From Polyangiaceae bacterium (GTDB lineage Bacteria; Myxococcota_A; Polyangia; Polyangiales; Polyangiaceae), in contig JBNKBE010000004.1 of the NCBI GenBank assembly GCA_050287085.1, forward strand, positions 192,288 through 256,287: a DNA stretch of 64,000 bases, in the 5' to 3' direction. The notes under the pieces were generated by a model. The model saw nothing but the letters and a program-made list of their open reading frames with translations. It searched no databases and was not told the DNA's origin. The translations under genes were made by a program, and so were the position numbers. Shown here piece after piece: positions 55,637-64,000 of the stretch. Each line of letters starts with the position of its first letter. The stretch's first letter is position 1.

Positions 55637-56545
55637 TCACGGCTTCGGGAGCTTGAGTTCTAGGCTTGCGCCCGGCACGCTGAGGCGTAGGAGTCCGGGT
55701 GTGGAGCTGGGGGGGAGCAGACTGAGCTTCGCGGAGGCGGCAATGGCGGTCCCTGGTCGTACTCGGCTGACGCCCCGCACCACGGGTTCGGCCAGCAGTG
55801 GAGCGCGCAGCCCCAACTGAGGGATCTCGAGGCCCGTCGTCGCTAGGCCGAAGGCGATTTGACACACGGTGCCTCGGCGGTCGTAGATGCCCGCGGCAGC
55901 CCATGACAGTCCGGACGTGGCGGCCGAGACAGGAGACGGCGATGCGGTGGTGTCGGAAAAAGAACCCTCAAGCCACCCGCCCTCTCGTTCGGTCATGCTG
56001 TGGTCGAGGTCTGTCGCTCCGACCAGATCTTCAGAGCTGAGCTGTCCGTCGGCAAGGGGTCCAGCCGCCGCCAGCAAAGGACGGCGGATGGAATCCTGAC
56101 CTAGCGCGCGCGCTCCGTATTGCCCTATCGCTTCGAGGACGGTCGCTCGCTCCGGACTGCCGGCGCGGCGGGCGTGACGCGCTGCGGCGCCGAGCGCCTG
56201 GGAACGGGTGCTTCGCTCGTCGTAGGTCTGGGCCACGAGCAGGAGCGCAAGGCTTTGGGGCGCAGCGACGCGCGCTGCATCCGGAACAGCGTCATTCGGG
56301 AGCAGGCCACGCGGACGTTTGGCACCCAGCCCTGGTTGGCGGCAACGCCCATCGAGCGCACGCCGCGCGCCGAAACCTGCCAGCGTCATCACCACCGGAG
56401 AGAGCAATACACCCGGGTGCTGCCCCGCATAGCTCAAGTAGGCGTGGACTGCCGCTCCAAGAGCGCTTGCGCCCGTTCGCTCGGCCTCTTCAAGGGCTTC
56501 GTCCAACACCCCGTCTGTGGCCGTCCAGCGCAGGCGTTCACTCAT
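55637..56545 (-). CDS. Hypothetical protein, possibly a degenerate gamma-glutamyltranspeptidase-fold protein
   Basis: GASALGAAV, LDGRCRQP, RVAAP, GQLSSEDL, GIYDRRG resemble GGT motifs in the same order. Confidence 0.55.
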   Translation of the reverse strand: MSERLRWTATDGVLDEALEEAERTGASALGAAVHAYLSYAGQHPGVLLSPVVMTLAGFGARRALDGRCRQPGLGAKRPRGLLPNDAVPDAARVAAPQSLALLLVAQTYDERSTRSQALGAAARHARRAGSPERATVLEAIGQYGARALGQDSIRRPLLAAAGPLADGQLSSEDLVGATDLDHSMTEREGGWLEGSFSDTTASPSPVSAATSGLSWAAAGIYDRRGTVCQIAFGLATTGLEIPQLGLRAPLLAEPVVRGVSRVRPGTAIAASAKLSLLPPSSTPGLLRLSVPGASLELKLPKP

Positions 56546-57263
56546 CGTCGTCCTCGATTGAGGTTAGGGGGTCCTCTTCGCCGTCTGGGAGCGCTTGTTC
56601 ATCGTCTTCAAGTTCGCTCAACTCAGTGAGCGTTTCGCTCAGGGTCTTGAGCAGTGGGCGTGCACGCTCTCCCTCGGCGAGGACGAAAACCCGATCCGCA
56701 CCCAGCAAACGAGCTGCTACGTCTTCTACGGTGAATTCGTTCACCCGTGACAGCGCACCCAGTAGGCGCCATCGCAGAAACACATCACCCTCCGGAGGTG
56801 CCTCTCTGAGTACTCGTTCGGGGGTCGTGACGGAGGCAATGCCCAACGGTGACGTGATCGCTTCGATCTGGCTAGCTTCCCACAGCCCGCGTGGTTCCCA
56901 CACCACCTTTGCTTGCGTGTGCTCGCGCAGGTCGTGCACTACGCCGGTCAGCTCTCGCTGGGCGCGCGCGCTCGGTCGAAAGTCAGCGGCCGTGCGCAGC
57001 AACACCCAATCGGGCGCCACTGCCGCAATCGTCTTGAGCCCGTAGCGTAGCGCCGCTACCCTCGTGTCGGGTGCCAACAGCGCCTGGACCGGCAGACTCA
57101 CGCAGAAGTGCATCCCCTCCGGCGCTGCGGCCCGTAGCGCTTTGAGCTTGGCAATGCTTGGCAATCGCCCCGGCTCAGCCAGGTACTCCTTGAGTGTTAG
57201 GCCTGCGCCAGCGTAGCGCTGGAGATCGTGATACTGAGTGGATTGGCCCAGGAACAGCTGCAT
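56538..57263 (-). CDS. DUF72-like TIM-barrel protein
   Basis: P....LKALRAAAPEGMHF, LLRTAADFRP, WEPRGLW; acidic tail. Confidence 0.6.
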   Translation of the reverse strand: MQLFLGQSTQYHDLQRYAGAGLTLKEYLAEPGRLPSIAKLKALRAAAPEGMHFCVSLPVQALLAPDTRVAALRYGLKTIAAVAPDWVLLRTAADFRPSARAQRELTGVVHDLREHTQAKVVWEPRGLWEASQIEAITSPLGIASVTTPERVLREAPPEGDVFLRWRLLGALSRVNEFTVEDVAARLLGADRVFVLAEGERARPLLKTLSETLTELSELEDDEQALPDGEEDPLTSIEDDDE

Positions 57264-57282
57264 AGGTGTCTCTTCTGCGAAC

Positions 57283-57840
57283 TCAGCGCGCGGCGCCCAG
57301 TAGGCGATCGAAATAGATCGCCGCGGCGGCGCGGACGCTCAAATGATTGTACCCATCCGGGCGTGGAGAAAGGATGGGGGCCAGGCGGGCCTGCGCTCGC
57401 GCGGTAACCGTCGGCGCAAGTCCCCACCCTGTGCCAAACGCGATGAGAACTGGGGGCCCCGCGCTCATGAGCACCTCACGCGCGCGGGCGTGAGGCATGA
57501 CGCCGTCACCGCCGCGAGCGCTTGTCACCCAGAGCTCGGCGTCCGCGCCTAGGGCGGATAGCGCGTCTTCTAGCTCCGCTACGATCCTAAGAGCGCCGAG
57601 CGCGTCCCGACGATCCGGGATCCTGCGACCACCGCTACCCTCCACCCAATGGCTACGGATCCTTTCGGCCAGGACGCGCTGAGCCGCGACGGGGTGGACC
57701 ACGAACAGGTCTGTGAGGCCAAAGGTCACCGCCGAGCGCGCGATATCGTGGAGGTCGATATTGGTGATCGCCGCCGTCACCTCTGCCCCCTCGCGATTGA
57801 GCACGGGGTAATGCACAAGCGCCGCCGCAACCCTACGCAT
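57283..57840 (-). CDS. SPOUT RNA methyltransferase (TrmD-associated type)
   Basis: ALVHYPVLN, AITNIDLHDIARS, TSAR, FGTGWGL, YNHLSVRAAAAI.FDRL. Confidence 0.88.
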   Translation of the reverse strand: MRRVAAALVHYPVLNREGAEVTAAITNIDLHDIARSAVTFGLTDLFVVHPVAAQRVLAERIRSHWVEGSGGRRIPDRRDALGALRIVAELEDALSALGADAELWVTSARGGDGVMPHARAREVLMSAGPPVLIAFGTGWGLAPTVTARAQARLAPILSPRPDGYNHLSVRAAAAIYFDRLLGAAR

Positions 57841-58588
57841 CGGATGGCTCCCGCAGCGTGCTCAGCTCAGGCCTTGGGCGCGCCACTAGCTCCGGACGTC
57901 GCTCCTGGGTCCGCTGTTCAGAACAGCGTCGACGATAGGCTGCGATTTCTCCGTGGTGTCCGCTTCGAAGCACATCTGGAACCGCTAGGCCCCGGAACTC
58001 GAGGGGGCGCGTGTATTGGGGGTACTCGAGCCTCGGCTGAGCACCATCGGAGAAGCTCTCATCCAGGGCGGACGCTTCGTTTCCTAGCACTCCCGGCAGC
58101 AGTCGCGCCACGCACTCAATCATCGCCATCGCCGGCACCTCGCCTCCAATGACCACGAAGTCGCCCAGGCTCGCTTCTTCGTCCACGAAGGTTCGCACGC
58201 GTTCATCGAAGCCCTCGTAGCGGCCACAGACGAAGATCAACGACGGAGCTTGCGACCAGCGCTCGGCGGTGCGTTGCGTGAATGGAGCGCCTTGCGGCGT
58301 CAACAGAATCCGGCGGATCGGGGCTGGCTCTGGGCCGGCGTCTGCTGTGGCCAGCATGCGGCTCGACAATGCCTCGAGGGCACTGACCACGCAATCCACC
58401 CTCAGCACCATGCCCGCGCCGCCCCCGTAAGGCGTGTCATCCACGGAGAGATGTCGCCCTAGTCCGTGGGGACGCAAGTCCTCACACAGGAGCTCAAGCT
58501 TTCCCTGCTCCACCGCGCGGCCAACCAATGAGACGCTACCAAAGGCGGAAAACAACTCGGGAAAGAGCGTGACGAGGCCGATCTTCAT
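57833..58588 (-). CDS. trmD: tRNA (guanine37-N1)-methyltransferase
   Basis: TLFPE, VDDTPYGGGAGM, LTPQG, CGRYEGFDER, SLGDFVVIGGE, LEYPQYTRP. Confidence 0.97.
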   Translation of the reverse strand: MKIGLVTLFPELFSAFGSVSLVGRAVEQGKLELLCEDLRPHGLGRHLSVDDTPYGGGAGMVLRVDCVVSALEALSSRMLATADAGPEPAPIRRILLTPQGAPFTQRTAERWSQAPSLIFVCGRYEGFDERVRTFVDEEASLGDFVVIGGEVPAMAMIECVARLLPGVLGNEASALDESFSDGAQPRLEYPQYTRPLEFRGLAVPDVLRSGHHGEIAAYRRRCSEQRTQERRPELVARPRPELSTLREPSDA

Positions 58589-59103
58589 TGGATCACGCCT
58601 TCGAGGCTTCGGAGGTATAAAATGCGCGCATCGGCATCAAAGCGCTCGACCCAATGATCGAGCAGGGGCTGCTCTAGGATCTCGTCCCCTTCACACCGAA
58701 TCAATACGGTGTCCATCGTTGGGTACGACGCGACGCGCTCTCCAACCCCTACCACTCTTCCGTCACATTGGATGGTCGCTCCGACCAGGTCGCTCAGATA
58801 GTACTCACCCGGCTCAAGCTCGTCCCGAGCCGTCCAGCACGTGGCGCCCACCCAGCGCTCAGCCTGCTCGCGCCCCACGATTCCATCGAGGTGACACAAT
58901 AGACCCTTAGGCGTCTCGCGCGAACTCACGATCCGAGTCGACAAGCGGTCTGCCGCCTTTGCCAACATGAGCTCTCGGTGGAGTTCCAACGCGTCCGATT
59001 CGGTCCAGTGTCGCCGAAGCAACACCTCGCCCTGCACGCCATGGGCGCGAGCCACATAACCTACCTCGATGAGCCCCGACAGCTTTCCATCTGCGGAGTT
59101 CAT
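58585..59103 (-). CDS. rimM: Ribosome maturation factor RimM
   Basis: VGYVARAHGVQGEV, REQAE, EYYLSDLVG; operon position. Confidence 0.9.
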   Translation of the reverse strand: MNSADGKLSGLIEVGYVARAHGVQGEVLLRRHWTESDALELHRELMLAKAADRLSTRIVSSRETPKGLLCHLDGIVGREQAERWVGATCWTARDELEPGEYYLSDLVGATIQCDGRVVGVGERVASYPTMDTVLIRCEGDEILEQPLLDHWVERFDADARILYLRSLEGVIQ

Positions 59104-59253
59104 CGCTGGCTCCCCACACTCGCGACCGCCGATAGCCCACCTGCCAACCCACCGTTGACGGTTGTCGTTCCAACCGTAGCTGCCGGCCGCGGGGGCTCTT
59201 GGCTGACCCCTCGTCGCCAGCTCGCAGCCGCGAAAGTCGCTGGAACCCTTGGG

Positions 59254-59502
59254 CTAGTCAACGATGTCAAGGTGCACGCGACGGCCACTCTTAGCGGACG
59301 CCGCCGCAAGCAGAGCGCGGATGCTTTGCGCCGTACGGCCATCTTTTCCGATCACCTTGCCGATATCGTCGGGCGCTACCCGCAACTCGATCAAAGGACT
59401 TCCGGAACGGTCTACGGTTTCTACCTCGACGCCGTCTGGATCGTCGACTAGAGCCCGTGCGACCGTCTCTACCAGCGCTTCGAAAGCAACAGGAGGAGCC
59501 AT
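59254..59502 (-). CDS. khpA: KH domain RNA-binding protein (KhpA-like)
   Basis: LVDDPD.V.V, VAPDDIGKVIGKDGRTAQSIR; between rpsP and rimM. Confidence 0.9.
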   Translation of the reverse strand: MAPPVAFEALVETVARALVDDPDGVEVETVDRSGSPLIELRVAPDDIGKVIGKDGRTAQSIRALLAAASAKSGRRVHLDIVD

Positions 59503-59506
59503 AAGC

Positions 59507-59770
59507 TTACGAGGCTGTGTTGCCGGCAGCCGCAGCAGCGTTCTGCTTCAGAATCTTGTCCAGGGTCGCAGAGGGCTTGGCTCCCTGACCCTTCCAGTAC
59601 TCAAGGCGAGCGTGATCCAGCGCCACCTGCGGGGGCTCAACGGTCGGATTGACCGTGCCGAGATTCTCGATGAAGCGACCGTCGCGAGGGCTGCGTACGT
59701 CGGTCACGACAACGCGATAGAACGGTGACTTCTTGGAACCATGACGAGCGAGACGGATGTGTACGGACAT
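59507..59770 (-). CDS. rpsP: 30S ribosomal protein S16
   Basis: VHIRLARHGSKKSPFYRVVV.D.RSPRDGRFIE.LG, W...GAKPS. Confidence 0.97.
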   Translation of the reverse strand: MSVHIRLARHGSKKSPFYRVVVTDVRSPRDGRFIENLGTVNPTVEPPQVALDHARLEYWKGQGAKPSATLDKILKQNAAAAAGNTAS

Positions 59771-59918
59771 AAACCTGGTATCGGGCTGGAAGTTCAGGCC
59801 GCCGGAGGTCGCTTCCGTCTCAGAGGAGAGGGACAAGGCCTCGGGTTGCCGGTCAAAGGGTCCGGGAATCTACGCGGAGACTACCGGTTTCGTCAAGCTC
59901 CATGGTAGGTTCAACTTC

Positions 59919-60212
59919 ATGAAGGGCAGTTCGTGCGTGTTGGACAACCTCCTGGACGAGGTAGTGGGTCCACTCATCACGCAGGATGGCGGAGAACTCT
60001 ACGTCGTTGAGTGTTCGATCGAGCGCTTGCACTTGCACCTGCGAGGGCGCTTCTCGGGCTGCGCCGGAAACCCCCTCGTGATTCAGCGGGTCATTGCGCC
60101 CGCCCTCGAGACCGTTGCGCCGGGCTGCGGGCTGCGCGTCAGCAGCGGCGAATTGCTGCCGGAGGGCGCTAGCCGTTGGACCGCCCCTGAAGGCCAGGAA
60201 GGTACTGATTAA
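59919..60212 (+). CDS. NifU/NfuA C-terminal-like domain protein (start 59919 or 59937)
   Basis: LDEVVGPLITQDGGELYVV, LHLRG.FSGC.G. Confidence 0.75.
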   Translation: MKGSSCVLDNLLDEVVGPLITQDGGELYVVECSIERLHLHLRGRFSGCAGNPLVIQRVIAPALETVAPGCGLRVSSGELLPEGASRWTAPEGQEGTD

Positions 60213-60213
60213 C

Positions 60214-60774
60214 TTGGGTGTTGTCCTAGCCATTGTGGCTTTCTTGCTCGGCGCTTGCACGACGGCGACTGGCCTTGAGCCGGCTCTGCCGCCTTTTGGT
60301 CAGGAAGCGGCCCGGGTATTTGACGACTCTATCCCGGTGGCGGCTTTTGGTGACTTTGGCAATAGGCGGGCTGAAGAGGAATCGAAGCTCCGCAGAGCGG
60401 CCCAGGAAGCTGACACCATCGTACTCGCCCGGGTGCTCACCGTGGCCCGTGACGATGACGGGCGCCTCGTTCGCTATGGCCTGACCCTCCAGCCCCAGGG
60501 CGACGCACTCTTCAATACAAAGCCCCACACCGAGATCCTGGAGCTCGCCGCGACACCTCGAGGCTTCAGGGGTGGGCTGCTCGATCAGCTGGATACGGAG
60601 CTAGCCGGACGTGAGCTCCTGCTTCTGCTCCGCACCTATGAGCAGGATGGCGAGCCGAGGACTCACTTTCGAGCTGAGGTCCCTTCCCAGCCCGTGTTAG
60701 AGGCCATCGCCAGTGCGCGGTCGGAGCCCCCGCCCCCGGCGGCCACCGGCTCTGCGCAACCCCTCCCCCGATGA
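60214..60774 (+). CDS. Hypothetical lipoprotein
   Basis: Hydrophobic signal followed by LGAC lipobox; start approximate. Confidence 0.65.
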   Translation: MGVVLAIVAFLLGACTTATGLEPALPPFGQEAARVFDDSIPVAAFGDFGNRRAEEESKLRRAAQEADTIVLARVLTVARDDDGRLVRYGLTLQPQGDALFNTKPHTEILELAATPRGFRGGLLDQLDTELAGRELLLLLRTYEQDGEPRTHFRAEVPSQPVLEAIASARSEPPPPAATGSAQPLPR

Positions 60775-60786
60775 CAAGGTAGCAGC

Positions 60787-61596
60787 GTGGTCTTCAAAGC
60801 AAAGTCGGTTAAAGTGAAGTCGCCCCAGGAGTTGCTCCGAATGCGCGAGGTGTGTGCCATGGCGGCCGGGACGCTCGAACGCGTGAGCGAGCTCATCCGC
60901 CCGGGGGTCACGACCGAAGAGATCAACACCTTCGTGCACGAGGATACGCTGCGCTTGGGCGCTGTGCCGGCACCGCTCAACTACCGCGGCTTTCCCAAGA
61001 GCGTGTGCACCTCTGTCAACGAGGTTGTCTGCCACGGCATCCCGAGTGGTCAGGTCTTGCGCGAAGGGGATATTATCAACGTCGATGTTACCCATAAGTA
61101 CCAAGGATTTCATGGGGATACATCCGCTACTTTCTACGTAGGGGCACCCTCGGAAGAAGCCAAGAAGGTCACTGAGGTGGCGCGTCGCTCCCTGGAGCTC
61201 GGCATGGCCGCAGTGCGGCCCGGGGCCAGGCTGGGCGACATAGGCGCCGCTATCGAGACGTTTGTTGTGGGGCATGGGCTCAGCGTCGTGCGCGACTTCG
61301 TAGGCCACGGTATCGGGCGGAAGTTTCACGAAGAACCGAAAGTGGCCCACTACGGGCGAGCTGGAACGGGAATGCGTCTGCGCCCCGGGATGGTGTTCAC
61401 CATTGAGCCGATGGTGAATCTTGGGGACTGGCAGGTCGAAGTCCTGGCTGACAATTGGACGGCGGTCACCTCGGACGGCAGCCTATCTGCCCAATTCGAA
61501 CACACCATTGCCGTCACAGAGTCCGGGTACGAAGTGCTCACCGCGCGCTCGGCCCCGCTCGGAAATAGTGAGCTATTTCCTGATTATTGGAGCTAG
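60787..61596 (+). CDS. map: Type I methionine aminopeptidase
   Basis: FPKSVCTSVNEVVCHGIP, GDIINVD, GDTS, GHGIG..FHE, FTIEPMVN, SAQFEHT. Confidence 0.97.
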   Translation: MVFKAKSVKVKSPQELLRMREVCAMAAGTLERVSELIRPGVTTEEINTFVHEDTLRLGAVPAPLNYRGFPKSVCTSVNEVVCHGIPSGQVLREGDIINVDVTHKYQGFHGDTSATFYVGAPSEEAKKVTEVARRSLELGMAAVRPGARLGDIGAAIETFVVGHGLSVVRDFVGHGIGRKFHEEPKVAHYGRAGTGMRLRPGMVFTIEPMVNLGDWQVEVLADNWTAVTSDGSLSAQFEHTIAVTESGYEVLTARSAPLGNSELFPDYWS

Positions 61597-61727
61597 TCCT
61601 CAGACGAGCGACAAGTGCTAGGGGCGGCGTTGTGCGGCCGCCGGGTCGCGGAGACGGCGCGGGGGCTGAGGCGCGCGGCCCCGTGGCTGTAACGCCACCC
61701 CTGGGGTGGCGCAATTCCTGCTTATAC

Positions 61728-61757
61728 TTGACCTTTGAGCACTCCGGCAGTTAGCCT
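61728..61757 (+). promoter_or_regulatory. Possible sigma70-type promoter for the 61871 ORF
   Basis: TTGACC-N18-TAGCCT, preceded by a palindrome at 61693-61711. Confidence 0.35.
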
Positions 61758-61870
61758 GCCAGCGCCCGAGTGGAGGTGTGAACAGGTGGACACCTCCGGG
61801 GATCCTAAGGGTACGATCTTCGTATTGTTTCACCTGGCACGCGTACAGGCGCCCGAACGGAATTACCCAG

Positions 61871-64000
61871 ATGGCGGCACGGACTACCAAAGGCAACAAA
61901 AGCAAGCAGGGGAAGGCCGCTCGAGGGGCGTCAGCCGCGGCCACAGGGGGCAGCCGCCGAGGCACAGCCGCGGCCGGCGGGGCGAAAGGCGGAGCCAAAG
62001 GAGTCTCAGCTCGAAGCGGGGCTACGCCAAAAGGTGCGGGCAAGACCACGAAGAAGGTTGGCGTCACGAAGGCGGCAGCCAAGGCGGAGCGGCGTTCTTC
62101 ACCCCCGAAGAGCGCTGCCAAGCCCAGCGCTGCCAAGCCCAGCGCTGCCAAGCCCAGCGCCGCCAAGCCCAGCGCTGCCAAGCCCAGCGCCGCCAAGCCC
62201 AGCGCTGCCAAGCCCAGCGCTGCCAAGAGCTCCCCCCCGAAAAGCCGCAGCCGGGCTGAAGTGGGACCCAAGTCCCGCTCCGGAGGACGGCCCAATAGGC
62301 CTGACTCTCAGGCGCCTTCCAGTCGCGGCCGTGAGAGCGATAAAGCGCCCAAAGCTCGAGAGACCAAGCGCCCCAAAGAGGCCGAGCCGCAGAAGAAAGC
62401 CGAGGCCGCCAAGCGGGCCAAGGAGGCTGAAAAAGCCAAGAAGGCCAAAGACGCCGAGCGCCTGAAGAAGGCTCAGGAAGCTGAAAAGGTCAAGAAGGCC
62501 AAAGACGCCGAGGCTGCCAAGCGGGCCAAAGAGGCCGAAAAAGCCAAGAAGGCCAAAGACGCTGAACGTCTGAAGAAGGCCCGCGAAGCCGAAAAGGCCA
62601 AGAAGGCTCGGGAGGCCGAAAAAGCCAAGAAGGCCAAAGACGCTGAACGCCTGAAGAAGGCCCGCGAAGCCGAAAAGGCCAAGAAGACCAAAGACGCTGA
62701 GAAGATCCGCCTAGCGAAAGAGGCGGAAAGAAAAGAAGAAGCAGAGCGTCGGCAGAAGGCTGAGGCGGCTCGCAAGGAACAAGCCGATGCAGAACGGGCG
62801 CGCAAGGCGGCTGAGAAAGCGGCCGTAGAGGCGGAACGCAACCGGGAGCGCGAGGCCAAAGAAGCTGAGCGCGAAAGCCTGCGTGCCGCGCGCGAACAAG
62901 ACCGCGCTCGCAAGCGTGAAGAGGCGTTGAAGGCCAAAGCCGAGACGCAAACGGCTCGCCTTCTAGCCAAGGAGCAGGAGCGCGAGGCCAAGGCCCTGGA
63001 GCGCGAGCGACTCAAGGCGGAACGCGCGGCCGAACGCGAGCGACTCAAGGCGGAGCGCGCTGCCGAAAAGGAGCAACAGCGACGCGAGCGTGAAGAAGCT
63101 CGTGAACGCTTGCGCAAGGAGAAGGAAGAGGCTCGCTCGGCCTATCGCAAGGCCAAGGAGCAGGAGCAGATGCGTCTCCGTGCCGAGCGAGAGGCAGTGC
63201 GGCGTGCCCTAGAGGGGCGTGTTGCCAAGCACACGACGCGCGCGCGAAACGGCGGGGCGCGGCCGGGCACTAGCACGCGCGTGTATCGACCGACTTCGGT
63301 ACCGGATCAGTCAGGGACTCGCGTGGGTGGGGCTTCGACCAATAAGTTTGCGAATCTGCCCAGTCTCGCTCCTCGAGCCGAGCTTCCGTCGCGGCCGCGA
63401 CCGGCCACCCTCCCCCCGCCTCCCCCACCGCCGCGGCCCAAGACCTTCGAGGCGCGCCACTCGCTTATCCAGAAGCGTATGGAGACGGTCGATCCGTCAT
63501 TTCGGCAGGACTACGAGGAAAGCTTCTTGATGTCGTGGATCTTCCACGACAGTGCTCTCGAAGGTGTGGTCTACACGTACGACGAGCTTCGCACGGGGAT
63601 CAGTCCGAATCTCAACATGGTGCCAGAGTCGAGTTTGCAGTCGGTCTGTGACAACATCCGTCGACATCGCGATGCGATTCAACTGGTTCACGATCTGGGA
63701 CAGCAGCGTCGAGAACCTTTGACCCTCGATGTGCTCAAGCAGCTCTACGTGACCCTTCATCCTGAGGAGGGCACCGTGGAGACGGTGCAATATCGCAAGG
63801 AGCTACCCCAGCACCGCCTGTACTTTCACGAGTACGGAGCGCCCGAAAAGATCTCGGAGTTAGTAGACGGGGTGTTTACCTGGTTGCAGGGGCCCGAGCC
63901 CGGCAAGCTGAAGGATCCGCTCAAGGTCGCGGCGCGCATTCACTACGATTTGCTGCGCGCCTTCCCCTTCGACAAGGATACAGGCAAGGTGGTTCGCCTG
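61871..64000 (+). CDS. Large protein (3'-truncated): histone-like Lys/Ala N-terminus + charged coiled coil + degenerate Fic domain
   Basis: Manual translation from ATG 61871 is stop-free to the window end (710 codons): MAARTTKGNKSK..., (SAAKP)n, EAEKAKKAKDAERLKK repeats, ...SWIFHDSALEG... AARIHYDLLRAFPFDKDTGKVVRL. Confidence 0.88.
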   Translation, partial: MAARTTKGNKSKQGKAARGASAAATGGSRRGTAAAGGAKGGAKGVSARSGATPKGAGKTTKKVGVTKAAAKAERRSSPPKSAAKPSAAKPSAAKPSAAKPSAAKPSAAKPSAAKPSAAKSSPPKSRSRAEVGPKSRSGGRPNRPDSQAPSSRGRESDKAPKARETKRPKEAEPQKKAEAAKRAKEAEKAKKAKDAERLKKAQEAEKVKKAKDAEAAKRAKEAEKAKKAKDAERLKKAREAEKAKKAREAEKAKKAKDAERLKKAREAEKAKKTKDAEKIRLAKEAERKEEAERRQKAEAARKEQADAERARKAAEKAAVEAERNREREAKEAERESLRAAREQDRARKREEALKAKAETQTARLLAKEQEREAKALERERLKAERAAERERLKAERAAEKEQQRREREEARERLRKEKEEARSAYRKAKEQEQMRLRAEREAVRRALEGRVAKHTTRARNGGARPGTSTRVYRPTSVPDQSGTRVGGASTNKFANLPSLAPRAELPSRPRPATLPPPPPPPRPKTFEARHSLIQKRMETVDPSFRQDYEESFLMSWIFHDSALEGVVYTYDELRTGISPNLNMVPESSLQSVCDNIRRHRDAIQLVHDLGQQRREPLTLDVLKQLYVTLHPEEGTVETVQYRKELPQHRLYFHEYGAPEKISELVDGVFTWLQGPEPGKLKDPLKVAARIHYDLLRAFPFDKDTGKVVRL
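62111..62227 (+). repeat. 15-bp coding tandem repeat AGCGC(T/C)GCCAAGCCC, 7 full units + 12 nt (SAAKP)
   Basis: Directly visible; in frame within the 61871 ORF. Confidence 0.95.

Noticed and set aside
61618..63117. Track ORFs 61618-62295 (-), 62034-62465 (+) and 62473-63117 (-)
   Set aside because: Shadows of the repetitive true ORF starting at 61871
1..64000. tRNA, rRNA, IS elements or prophage
   Set aside because: No cloverleaf or rRNA signatures, transposase motifs or phage structural genes recognised

Overview
High-GC bacterial chromosomal window. The gene content (TM-anchored Hanks-type Ser/Thr kinase, large FG-GAP lipoprotein, Pro-rich hypothetical proteins) suggests Myxococcota, possibly Polyangiales; this is inference only. 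About 55 CDSs are supported; no rRNA, tRNA, CRISPR array or clear mobile element was seen. Housekeeping genes: ligA, topA, mdh, thiG, rpsB-tsf, gatCA-truB, trpG-D-C, xerD, rpmB, rpsP-KH-rimM-trmD, map. About 15-40 kb is a dispersed surface-glycan region: WecA, deacetylase, carbamoyltransferase, DegT aminotransferase, O-antigen-ligase/TPR protein, Wzc, GT4, WbpD- and WbpB-like enzymes, interrupted by trehalose genes. Two things stand out. (1) A translationally coupled PqqD/RRE - lasso-B2-like peptidase - HPr-kinase-like operon (38237-39893) plus a lasso-type nucleotidyltransferase (31372-32304), with no lasso cyclase and no recognisable precursor in the window, sitting inside the glycan locus and divergent from a ~1345-aa integrin-alpha-like lipoprotein. 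(2) A >=710-codon ORF missing from the ORF track (61871 to window end) that fuses histone-like SAAKP repeats and a long charged helix to a Fic domain lacking the catalytic His. All family assignments are from motif recognition by eye, not database searches.
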